NCBI GenBank assembly: GCA_963819815.1
Contig: CAWFXL010000001.1
Coordinates: forward strand, 1,120,001-1,184,000
Reading direction: 5' to 3'
Length of the DNA: 64,000 bases
DNA from: an uncultured bacterium
GTDB taxonomy: Bacteria > Babelota > Babeliae > Babelales > Babelaceae
Shown: positions 48,563 to 57,752 of the stretch, in pieces
How the letters are laid out: every line of letters begins with the position of its first letter
Position numbering within the stretch: the stretch's first letter is position 1
Position numbers and translations under genes: made by a program
The notes under the pieces: model-generated
Database searches by the model: none
Told to the model about the DNA's origin: nothing
The model's input: only the letters and a program-made list of their open reading frames with translations

Positions 48563-51190
48563 ATGAAACCACATGTCATTAAGAAAGTTTTATCAAATGG
48601 GCTCACCGTATTACTTAAGCCCTCATCGGTAGTGCCAAAGGTATCTGTTCAGCTGTGGTATAATGTTGGCTCTAAAGATGAAAAGACGAGCGAAAAGGGA
48701 ATAGCACACCTTATTGAGCATATGATATTTAAAGGCACGAAAAAGCTTTCTGAATGTGATATCAATCTTATTACACATAAGCTTTCAGGCTATACGAACG
48801 CTTTTACCTCCTATGATTATACCGGTTATTTATTTGATTTTCCGTCGCAACAATGGGAACCTGCCTTAAGTATACTTGCAGACTGTATGCACAATGCCAC
48901 TTTTAAAGAAGAGCATTTAAATTCTGAATTGAAAGCGGTTATTCAAGAGCTCAAGATGTACAAAGATAGCTATACGTCAAGTGTTGTAGAAGATCTTGTT
49001 GGGATGATGTTTCCCGATCACCCTTACCATTATCCAATTATTGGGTATAAGCAAGATTTATGGAGTCTAAAGCGCGAATCCTTGGTGAATTTTTATAAGA
49101 AGCATTATATACCCAATAATGCAACGCTGGTAATCGTCGGAGACATAGATCCTGATAAAACTATTGAGCTTGTTAAGAAAGAGTTTGGCCATCTTACGCC
49201 GAATTTTGAGTATAAAAAAGAAGTTTTTTATCACGGCAGTGATCTTCAAAGTAAGTCGGTAACTATCTACCGTGATGTGCAACTACCAAGTTACATTCTT
49301 GCATGGGAAATCCCCGGTGCAATTCATAAAGTCGACTATCTTGTAGATATCATTCTCTGGATTCTCGCCGATGGTAAGGGGTCTCGACTCTATAGGAAGT
49401 TGGTCGATGAGCGTGAGCTGGTCACCGACCTAGATGTATTTACCTATGACCTATTTGATGCGGGGATACTCTTTTTCTATTTTCAACCTCGTGAGGGCGT
49501 CTCTTTTGATCAAATCATCGAAGTAGTACAGCAAGAACTTGCTGACATTGTTACCAATGGGGTTACCCATAATGAGCTTGTGCGCGCGATTAAGCAGGTA
49601 GAAGTTGATCAGCTATCACTTCTTGAAAATCTTTCAAAGCAGGCCTATGAACTTGGAAAGTTTTATCTTGCAACGGGAGATGAAAACTATCTTTACACAA
49701 GGACTCAACAGTCAAAAGATGAACTTGCCGTTGATGTGCAAAGTTTTGTAAGAAACTATTTGCGACCGGCACTTACGCAACGAGGTTTGGTCGAACCGAT
49801 CTCGGAACAGGAGAAACAGCATTGGCTCCTTTTACAGGAGCTTTCTGATGAGGAAGATGCTCGAATACTTTCAGGCAGAAGTAGAGAAGAGGCGGTAGAG
49901 GAAGGTTGCCACGTAAAAGAGATCAAGGTAGTTCCTCCAAAGCCATTTGCTTTTCCTCGAGCAAAAGTTTTTGGGCTAGACAATGGACTTAAGGTGCTCT
50001 CTCATGCATCTTCACATCTTCCCAAGATAGATTTTCTTGTCGATTTTGTTGCAGATCATTTATATGATCCCAAAGGAAAAGAAGGCATTAACGCCTTTGT
50101 TGCTGCAATGTTATTAGAAGGGACAAAAGATTATTCTGCTCAAGAGTTTGCCGATACTGCGGAGTCTTTAGGTATGAGTATCTCAAGTTCTCCAGGTCAA
50201 ATTAAGATGAGCGTACTTTCTGAAGATCTCCCTAAAGCCCTAGAGTTGCTTCAACAAATGCTTGTGCATGCTACGATGAACAATGATGCAATTGAGCGTG
50301 TTCGTGCACGTATGCTTGCTGGATTAAAAGAATATTGGGATGCCCCAGAGCAGTTTGCTGGGCAACTTGTACGACAAGATATTTATAAAGATCATCCCTA
50401 TAGTAAAAATGCCATGGGCACCCCTGAAGGGGTACAGGCAATTACGAGAGATGATATTATTGCTCATTATAAGAAATACTTTAGCCCTTGTGGAGCTCGT
50501 ATGGCTATCGTGGGAGATATGAAAAATTATGCACTCCAGCAGGTGCTTTCAGAGGCACTTTCTTCATGGAAAGGGGCAGCTGTAGAACCACTTGTCTTTC
50601 CTGAAATTAAGCCGGTGAAGTGGCATGAAGTAAATTATCCTATAATGAGAGATCAGACAGTTCTTTATTATGGAGCACTTTCTGTTTCTCGCTTAGATAA
50701 AGACTATGATAAGCTTCTCTTATTTGATCAGATATTTACAGGCGGTGTACTTGGTTCAATGGCATCTCGGCTATTTGATTTACGTGAGCAGTCAGGACTT
50801 TTCTATACTATTGGAGGCTCGTTGCTTTCTCGTGTAGATAAAGATAAAGGCCTTATTGTCATCCGTACGATTGTCTCAAATGATCGCCTTAAAGAGGCGG
50901 AAGTTGCTATAGAACAGCTTATTAATTCAGCCATCAACGAAGTTTCTGATGATGAGTTTACTGAAGCGCAACAAGCTATTATTAATAGTTTGGTAAGTGC
51001 TTTTGAATCGAACATTTCAACGGCCGCAACACTTCTTGCTCTTGATAAATTTGGGTTACCAAATGATTACTTTGATACTCGAGCAGCTCATCTTGCACAA
51101 ACCAGTAAGCAGGAAATGCAGTATGTTGTTAAAAAGTATCTCACAACGGAGCGGTTTGTCTTAGTTCGTGCAGGGCGTATGGGTTCCTAG
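48563..51190 (+). CDS. M16 family zinc peptidase (fused two-half pitrilysin-like)
   Basis: GIAHLIEHMIFKGT (HxxEH), NAFTSYD; second inactive M16 half with SRLF.LRE..GL.Y. Confidence 0.93.
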   Translation: MKPHVIKKVLSNGLTVLLKPSSVVPKVSVQLWYNVGSKDEKTSEKGIAHLIEHMIFKGTKKLSECDINLITHKLSGYTNAFTSYDYTGYLFDFPSQQWEPALSILADCMHNATFKEEHLNSELKAVIQELKMYKDSYTSSVVEDLVGMMFPDHPYHYPIIGYKQDLWSLKRESLVNFYKKHYIPNNATLVIVGDIDPDKTIELVKKEFGHLTPNFEYKKEVFYHGSDLQSKSVTIYRDVQLPSYILAWEIPGAIHKVDYLVDIILWILADGKGSRLYRKLVDERELVTDLDVFTYDLFDAGILFFYFQPREGVSFDQIIEVVQQELADIVTNGVTHNELVRAIKQVEVDQLSLLENLSKQAYELGKFYLATGDENYLYTRTQQSKDELAVDVQSFVRNYLRPALTQRGLVEPISEQEKQHWLLLQELSDEEDARILSGRSREEAVEEGCHVKEIKVVPPKPFAFPRAKVFGLDNGLKVLSHASSHLPKIDFLVDFVADHLYDPKGKEGINAFVAAMLLEGTKDYSAQEFADTAESLGMSISSSPGQIKMSVLSEDLPKALELLQQMLVHATMNNDAIERVRARMLAGLKEYWDAPEQFAGQLVRQDIYKDHPYSKNAMGTPEGVQAITRDDIIAHYKKYFSPCGARMAIVGDMKNYALQQVLSEALSSWKGAAVEPLVFPEIKPVKWHEVNYPIMRDQTVLYYGALSVSRLDKDYDKLLLFDQIFTGGVLGSMASRLFDLREQSGLFYTIGGSLLSRVDKDKGLIVIRTIVSNDRLKEAEVAIEQLINSAINEVSDDEFTEAQQAIINSLVSAFESNISTAATLLALDKFGLPNDYFDTRAAHLAQTSKQEMQYVVKKYLTTERFVLVRAGRMGS

Positions 51191-51298
51191 GACTAGAGTT
51201 ATGGATGGTTCATTTTGTTGCAACTGTTTGTTCTTCAATAGCTTAAAATGCTTAATGTAAAGACATCAGGGATATTGGATACGAATTGGAGTCTCACC

Positions 51299-52132
51299 AT
51301 GCCAAGGGTACAAACATTATCTGAACAGGAAGTAAACCTATTTAAGAACCTGATCTACGGTTACTATGAAAGCAACAAGCGAATATTTTCTTGGCGGAAT
51401 GTCGACAATGCTTACCATATAGTGGTATCCGAGATTATGTTGCAACAAACTCAAACTGACCGTGTTGCAAAAAAATATGAGGAATTTCTTGGAATGTTTC
51501 CCACCATTCAATCATTAGCTCATGCTTCGCTTGATAGAGTTATAGCTACTTGGCAGGGGCTTGGGTATAATCGGCGTGCCATAGCGCTTAAACAGTTTGC
51601 TGAGAGAGTTGTTGCAGAACATGGAGGGGCTGTTCCCAAGGATCCGGAGATTCTCGTAACCTTTAAAGGGATTGGACCCAATACGGCAGCCTCGATCTGT
51701 GCCTTTGCTTTTAATAAACCGACAATCTTTATCGAAACAAACATTCGGTCTGTATATATTCACGAGTTTTTTAAAGATGAGACGGAAGTGCATGACCGGG
51801 ATCTTATGCCGCTCATTGAGCAAACTCTTGATAAGAACAATCCGCGCACCTGGTATTATGCCTTGATGGACTATGGAGTGATGCTCAAAAAAACACTCAA
51901 GAACCCTAGCAGGAAGAGTAAGCATCATACAAAACAGTCTCGGTTTGAAGGCTCTGATCGGCAAGTACGTGGAGCAATCTTGAAAATGCTTGTGATTGGG
52001 TCAACCCTCAGTGAAGAGTCTTTCGTTGAGACAATCGCACGGCCAGCAGAGAAAGTGAAACAGATATTGAATGATCTTGAAACTGAGGGTTTTATCAGGT
52101 ATAAAAAAGGATATTATGTACTGTCGAGTTAA
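51299..52132 (+). CDS. mutY: A/G-specific adenine glycosylase (short MutY, no Fe-S cysteines)
   Basis: VSEIMLQQTQ, WQGLGYNRRA, GIGPNTA, ALMDYG. Confidence 0.88.
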   Translation: MPRVQTLSEQEVNLFKNLIYGYYESNKRIFSWRNVDNAYHIVVSEIMLQQTQTDRVAKKYEEFLGMFPTIQSLAHASLDRVIATWQGLGYNRRAIALKQFAERVVAEHGGAVPKDPEILVTFKGIGPNTAASICAFAFNKPTIFIETNIRSVYIHEFFKDETEVHDRDLMPLIEQTLDKNNPRTWYYALMDYGVMLKKTLKNPSRKSKHHTKQSRFEGSDRQVRGAILKMLVIGSTLSEESFVETIARPAEKVKQILNDLETEGFIRYKKGYYVLSS

Positions 52133-52143
52133 GGAGATAGAAA

Positions 52144-52473
52144 ATGCTGTTCTATAAAACATCATTATTGATAGCGGATGAACTTTTATCATTCATTGGA
52201 ACTGCGATTATTCTTTTTGCGGGACTGAAAGCTGCATTTCTTTTTTGTAAGGCTTTGTTCACAGATAAGATTGATGTTAATAGCTTGAGACTTGAGCTTG
52301 GATATGGGATTATTCTTGGCCTTGAGTTCATGATTGGTGCAGACATTATTGAATCGATGGTGAAACCTACATACTATGATATCGGTATGCTTGCGATACT
52401 CGTGGTAATTCGAACTTTTTTGAGCTATTTTTTGGGAAAAGAGTTAGCGGAGCTCAAACCTGAAAAGAAATAA
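52144..52473 (+). CDS. DUF1622 family membrane protein
   Basis: RLELG..IILGLEF.IGADII, IRTFLSYFL.KE. Confidence 0.88.
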   Translation: MLFYKTSLLIADELLSFIGTAIILFAGLKAAFLFCKALFTDKIDVNSLRLELGYGIILGLEFMIGADIIESMVKPTYYDIGMLAILVVIRTFLSYFLGKELAELKPEKK

Positions 52474-52617
52474 AGACCTCAGCTTTCAAGAGCTTTCAAG
52501 CCTAATATCTCTTTTAAATGCTATAGGTTTTTCGCTCACTGTTCAGCCGTGTAAGAACGATAAATAACTCATCAAGAAGCTTAAGCCAAACTTCAGAAAG
52601 TCATGAGGGACAATTCT

Positions 52618-53229
52618 TTAAACAAGAAGTTCCAGCAAACCTATAACGAAGGTAATCGCTTGTATGAGAGCATTACGAAAAGGTGGAAGCATTATGAGTA
52701 CGATGAGCACAATAAAAGAGATGCGTTCAAATTGGTAATAGTAGGGTAAAAATTTCTGAGGCATCAGTGCCTTAAGAAGATGGCTCCCATCTAGAGGTGG
52801 TATGGGTAGCAGATTGAAAACTCCCAGCATGACGTTAATCCAAACACTAAGTTGAAAAAATTCATTCCATACGAGTGTCCACTGTAGCGATAAAAAAGAT
52901 GGTACATGATGCAATGCTAGTAAAGATACTGTCGCAAGAAGAATATTGGAGAAAGGTCCTGCGAGCCCTACCATTACCGAATAGAGGCGCGGGTGAGTAA
53001 AATTGTTAGGATTAAAAGGTACTGGCTTGGCCCATCCAAATCGGACCAAAATTAGGAACAGCAGACCCAAGGGATCAATATGCGCAAGGGGATTTAAGGT
53101 AAGACGTCCCATCCGTTGTGCAGTGTCATCTCCAAGGAGGTATGCTGTTAGGGCATGGCAGAACTCGTGGAATGTTAGTGCGCATATGAAAACGATGATC
53201 GATATGATAGCTGTGGTAAAATCAAACAT
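52618..53229 (-). CDS. Site-2 protease (M50 family)
   Basis: HEFCH, GRLTLNPLAHID, AGP, FNLLPIPPLDG. Confidence 0.95.
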   Translation of the reverse strand: MFDFTTAIISIIVFICALTFHEFCHALTAYLLGDDTAQRMGRLTLNPLAHIDPLGLLFLILVRFGWAKPVPFNPNNFTHPRLYSVMVGLAGPFSNILLATVSLLALHHVPSFLSLQWTLVWNEFFQLSVWINVMLGVFNLLPIPPLDGSHLLKALMPQKFLPYYYQFERISFIVLIVLIMLPPFRNALIQAITFVIGLLELLV

Positions 53230-53342
53230 AGGTACTCTTTAATGTATTGTTCACGGGCTGGTCGAACAAAGCTTAGATCCCTTACGGAGAATTGTCGAGA
53301 GATTAAGCTTATAAAAATCCTGATTATTATGTAAAGAAATCG

Positions 53343-54735
53343 TTATTCGCGGAACTTCGCGGCCGCTTCTTTGTAAAGCTCCTTTATTCTCATGCTTTCT
53401 GTTGCATGATCGACCATCGGCAAGGGATACCCATTGATGGAACTCTTCTGGTTATACCACGTGTGTATAATCTTCGGATCACACTGCATAAGTTCAGGAA
53501 TCCATCTTTTAATATAGGTACATTCAGGGTCGAACTTTTTCTGTTGCAACCAAGGGTTGAAAATTCTAAAAAAGGGCTGTGCATCACATCCGGTAGAAGC
53601 TACCCATTGCCAGTTTCCATTGTTCACGCACGGGTCATAGTCTTCAAGTTGTTGCGCAAAATATTTTTCTCCCCATTGCCATGAGATGTGTAGATCTTTG
53701 GTACAGAAACGAACCTACAATAAGCCGAGCTCGGTTGTGCATATAGCCAGTTGCATTTAATTGTCTCATACCTGCGTCAACAACAGGAAAGCCTGTCGAG
53801 CCTGTGCACCATCTTTCAAAATCCTTTTTGTTAGTGCTCCAGGGTACCTGTTCGAATTTTTTCTGAAAGGCATGACCAAAGACCTTAGGATTAAAGTAAG
53901 CAACATGGGTAAAAAAATCGCGCCAATAGAGTTGACGCAAGAGCCCTGAACTTCTGCCTACAGCTCCGACTACTGCATGGTACAATTCACGAATTGAGAT
54001 GGTGCCAAATTTATTGTGAGCAGAAAGCTTAGTTGTGTGTAAGGAAAGAACATCATGGGTGATCGCATAATTTTTGATATCTTTCAGATGCGTGATGATC
54101 TTTTGTGCTTCAGTACGACCACCATGAGTGTACAAGGCTGTTTGAGAGGGAACAAGACTATCAAGAAATGCATGAGGGACGAAAGACGAAGTAAGTTTTG
54201 TTATGTAGTGAGCATGTTGATTATATTGGGGCAGTGCAATAGGTAACAGTCGGTTCTTGTTAAAGAATGGCGTAAACTTTTGATAGGGAGTACCTTGCGC
54301 GCTGAGACCATCTTCCGGCTCGATTAAAAGACTATCCGGGCTCGTTATAAAAGCAACGTTGTTCTTGTTGCAGATCTTTTCAATGAGCTCATCCCTAACT
54401 TTGCTATAGGGCGTATAATCGCGGTTTACAAATACTGCATTAATTTTTTCAGCACGTATCAGACCCTCAACTATAGTATGAGGAGGTCCATGAAAGAGAA
54501 ATAGGTGAGCTCCCTTTTTTTCAAACTCTTGAGCAAGATCTTTTAATGACTCCACCATGAATTGAATGGCATGCATGCTCCTAAACATATTATCCGAACC
54601 AATTTGGTCATCAGTGAATATAAAGCAGGGAATAACGCGTTCTGATAACTCAAGTGCGTTGTGTAGTCCAGTATTATCTTCAATGCGTAGGTCCCGTCTG
54701 AAAATAAAGAGACTTGTAGAATAGCGTTTAGTCAT
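53343..54735 (-). pseudogene. phrB: Deoxyribodipyrimidine photolyase with a single-base frameshift near 53703
   Basis: FRRDLRIEDN, TGFPVVDAGMRQL..TGYMHNRAR; after +1 shift TKDLHISWQWGEKYF...DYD...NNGNWQW...RIFNP. Confidence 0.85.
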
Positions 54736-54939
54736 ATGATGCCGTGGTGGTTCGGTTGCTTGTCTAAGTGTGCAGAGTATAGACTAATCGGATGAAATGA
54801 AAAGAGATGAGAGACATCTCTTGTTTGTAGTCGATCATTTTTCCCTTCAGATCACGATATGCTCCCTGATCCCTCGAGGAACTTTATCAGCTAGCTTCGA
54901 CTCTGTTGTTGCCCTTGAGGAACATGCTATACTAACTCC

Positions 54940-56172
54940 ATGAAGATAGCACAGATATATTATCTGGTACTGACTCTTATAACCCTTCCTGCAAGATGTC
55001 CTGCTCAGAAACAGGCACTGGTAAAAGTGCCCGTTGCTGATGCATGCGGTCTTCAGATGGGTAGTTGTACAAAGCAAATCACTGATTATTATGCAACTCT
55101 TCCCTATGCACCTGATTCGGGATCATATGGATGTTTAAGAATTCACCAATTATTGTTTAATGAACTAGTTACTATCACTAAGGAATATCCTGGAGGTGAA
55201 GTTGGGGTAGAAGTTTCAGGATTCTTTTTTCTTGATGGACTCCATAGAAAGCGTCATGATTTTTGGATGCTGAAGAAAGATCTTGTGCTCGTTAACAGCG
55301 TACCGCAGAGGTTACGAAAATATATCCCACCACCAGTAGATTACGAAAAACCGATCGAAGAATTCTCAAAGAATGTGCTGGTATTGTCCGCTCCCTGGTT
55401 TGATGAAAAAACGAACCAGATCTATTCTGTGGGAACGCGATTTCTGCGCCAGCTAGAAAAAGATACCGAGACTGAGTATGCAGTGTCCTTAGTAAGTTTG
55501 GAAAAGAAAGCAGCAATCTCAGCATTGGTTCCTAAGGAAAAGGCTCTCGTATATGCACCTAAATCTTTTGATGCGTCTTTGCAAACGTTTTTATCTCTCA
55601 TTCGGAGTTGGGCTCACCAGAAGGGTGGTTTTATTCCTTATGTTTATGGTGGTTGTAGTTTTAGGGAACTGCTTCACGATATAAGTTATAGTAAAATATC
55701 TGGAACGAAGTGTCATTCGAAAGCAAGCTATTGGGATCGACCGGCAGTGAGCAGTATAGTGCCCCATTCTGGGTTTGACTGCTCCAATATGATTCTGCGT
55801 GCAGCACAGATGTCCTTTATGCCCTATTATTTTAAAAATACCTTAACGCTGATTAAGTATCTTAGGCCGCTAAAGCTGGGTGAGAAATTGGAAGAGGGTG
55901 ATCTTGTATGGTATTCAGGGCATGTTATGATTGTGAGTAACGTCGAAAAAAATCTCCTGATTGAAGCAATAGGATACGATTCAGGCTATGGACGGGTTCA
56001 TGAGCTGTCTGTACGCCAGGCGTTTCACGGTATGAAAAACTTCGAACAATTAATTCATGCTCATCATGCGCGTCAGTTTATGTACCGTCTTAATAGCTCT
56101 GGCGGGTTATGGCGTTCTGTGTACCGTCTGAGACTTTTTAAGCTGCGGAGCATCTTAGAAATTACGTATTAA
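54940..56172 (+). CDS. Secreted NlpC/P60-like peptidase
   Basis: Signal peptide; PYVYGG, GFDCS, GDLVW..GHV. Confidence 0.75.
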   Translation: MKIAQIYYLVLTLITLPARCPAQKQALVKVPVADACGLQMGSCTKQITDYYATLPYAPDSGSYGCLRIHQLLFNELVTITKEYPGGEVGVEVSGFFFLDGLHRKRHDFWMLKKDLVLVNSVPQRLRKYIPPPVDYEKPIEEFSKNVLVLSAPWFDEKTNQIYSVGTRFLRQLEKDTETEYAVSLVSLEKKAAISALVPKEKALVYAPKSFDASLQTFLSLIRSWAHQKGGFIPYVYGGCSFRELLHDISYSKISGTKCHSKASYWDRPAVSSIVPHSGFDCSNMILRAAQMSFMPYYFKNTLTLIKYLRPLKLGEKLEEGDLVWYSGHVMIVSNVEKNLLIEAIGYDSGYGRVHELSVRQAFHGMKNFEQLIHAHHARQFMYRLNSSGGLWRSVYRLRLFKLRSILEITY

Positions 56173-56211
56173 ACGTACACATTATTAATGCAGTAACGAG
56201 TTACTCTTTAG

Positions 56212-56415
56212 TTATTGGGTAATAATACACATCGATTTCTGTAATGATTCTATATGTTTTTCTAAATCCAGACGGATTGCTGTTAAAGCTTTAACACATT
56301 CTTTATCACCAGCCTCTTGAGCATCCTTGAGTGCATGTTTGTCAATAAACCAGCAAAGCTTACTTAATGTGCTCAGCATCTTAACTTTATTGTATGTTGA
56401 ATTATCAAGCATCAT
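56212..56415 (-). CDS. Small helical hypothetical protein
   Basis: 67-aa ORF with aaggaaggg RBS, fills the intergenic gap. Confidence 0.6.
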   Translation of the reverse strand: MMLDNSTYNKVKMLSTLSKLCWFIDKHALKDAQEAGDKECVKALTAIRLDLEKHIESLQKSMCIITQ

Positions 56416-56495
56416 AACGAAACCCTTCCTTTTCTATGGTAACTTGTTCTAAGGTTAGTGTGATAAAGAAAACTTCTTAACGTCAAGAGTTTGTC

Positions 56496-57743
56496 ATGAA
56501 GATTGCACAGGTGACTGCTCGGGAGCTGTACGATTCACAAGGATGGCCCACGGTGCAGTGTGAGATTATCTTAGACACGGGCGAGTTTGTAACGGCCATG
56601 GTCCCTAGAGGAACTTCGGTTGGCCTTTATGAAGCCAAAGAGATGCGTGACCAAGAATCGCGCATGGACGGTAAGGGCATGCATAAAGCCGTAGAGATTA
56701 TCGAAAGTGTTATAGCACCTCTTCTTATTGGTGAAGAGCCACGTGCGCTGGAGCTTGACCTCAAAATGATAGAACTTGATGGTACCTCCGATAAGTCTCG
56801 TCTTGGTGCTAATACGATGCTTGCCGTCAGTCAGGCTCTCTACCGAGCGGAAGCATTATGGCACGATATTGAACTCTTTGAATTGTTTGCTGCACTCTAT
56901 AATGTAGATACTGTTACGATGCCAATCCCAATGCTTAATGTTATTAATGGTGGGGCTCATGCATCAAATAACTTAGCGATACAAGAGTTTCTCATAGTCC
57001 CTGTTGGTGCTCCGACATTTAGAGCAGGATTGGAGCTCGGCATTACGGTCTACCATGAACTTGGCAAAGTACTTAGGGGCCTTGGTAAATCAACAGCGGT
57101 AGGGCTTGAAGGAGGATATGCTTCTTCATTTGCCAACGAGTATGAGGCACTTGATATTCTCAGTGAGGTTGTTGAGCGTATCAATACTCAATATACTTCA
57201 AGTTGTATGATAGCACTTGATATGGCTGCATCTCAATGGACGGTGGAGGAAGGGCTCTATCTTTGGCATCAGAATGTATACACCACTGACGAGATGATTG
57301 CGCTTTATAAAGACTTGGTCAATCGCTACCCATTGTACTCGATCGAAGATCCGTTAGGGCAAGATGATTGGAGCGGCTGGCAGGAGCTTTCTAAAGAGCT
57401 TGCAAATAGGGTACAGTTGGTGGGTGACGATATTTTTGCAACAAATGTGCAACGCATTGTCCGAGGAATTCAGGAGAAGACAGCAAATGCAGCTATTATT
57501 AAGCCTAACCAGATAGGGACGGTTACCGAGGCACTGCAGGCAATTATGTTTTGTAGAGACCATCAAATAAATACCATAGTGTCTCACCGCTCTTCAGAGA
57601 CGGAAGATACCTTTATTGCAGATCTTGTTGTTGGCACGAGTGCTGGTCAATTCAAAGCGGGTGCACCCTGTAGGTCTGAGCGTATGGCTAAATATAATAG
57701 ATTGTTAGTGATCGAAGATACCCTTACCTTTTTGGTGGAGTGA
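56496..57743 (+). CDS. eno: Enolase (divergent)
   Basis: NVINGGAHA, QEF, SIEDP, VGDD, IKPNQIG, VSHRS, RSERMAKYN. Confidence 0.9.
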   Translation: MKIAQVTARELYDSQGWPTVQCEIILDTGEFVTAMVPRGTSVGLYEAKEMRDQESRMDGKGMHKAVEIIESVIAPLLIGEEPRALELDLKMIELDGTSDKSRLGANTMLAVSQALYRAEALWHDIELFELFAALYNVDTVTMPIPMLNVINGGAHASNNLAIQEFLIVPVGAPTFRAGLELGITVYHELGKVLRGLGKSTAVGLEGGYASSFANEYEALDILSEVVERINTQYTSSCMIALDMAASQWTVEEGLYLWHQNVYTTDEMIALYKDLVNRYPLYSIEDPLGQDDWSGWQELSKELANRVQLVGDDIFATNVQRIVRGIQEKTANAAIIKPNQIGTVTEALQAIMFCRDHQINTIVSHRSSETEDTFIADLVVGTSAGQFKAGAPCRSERMAKYNRLLVIEDTLTFLVE

Positions 57744-57752
57744 GCATCTGTC

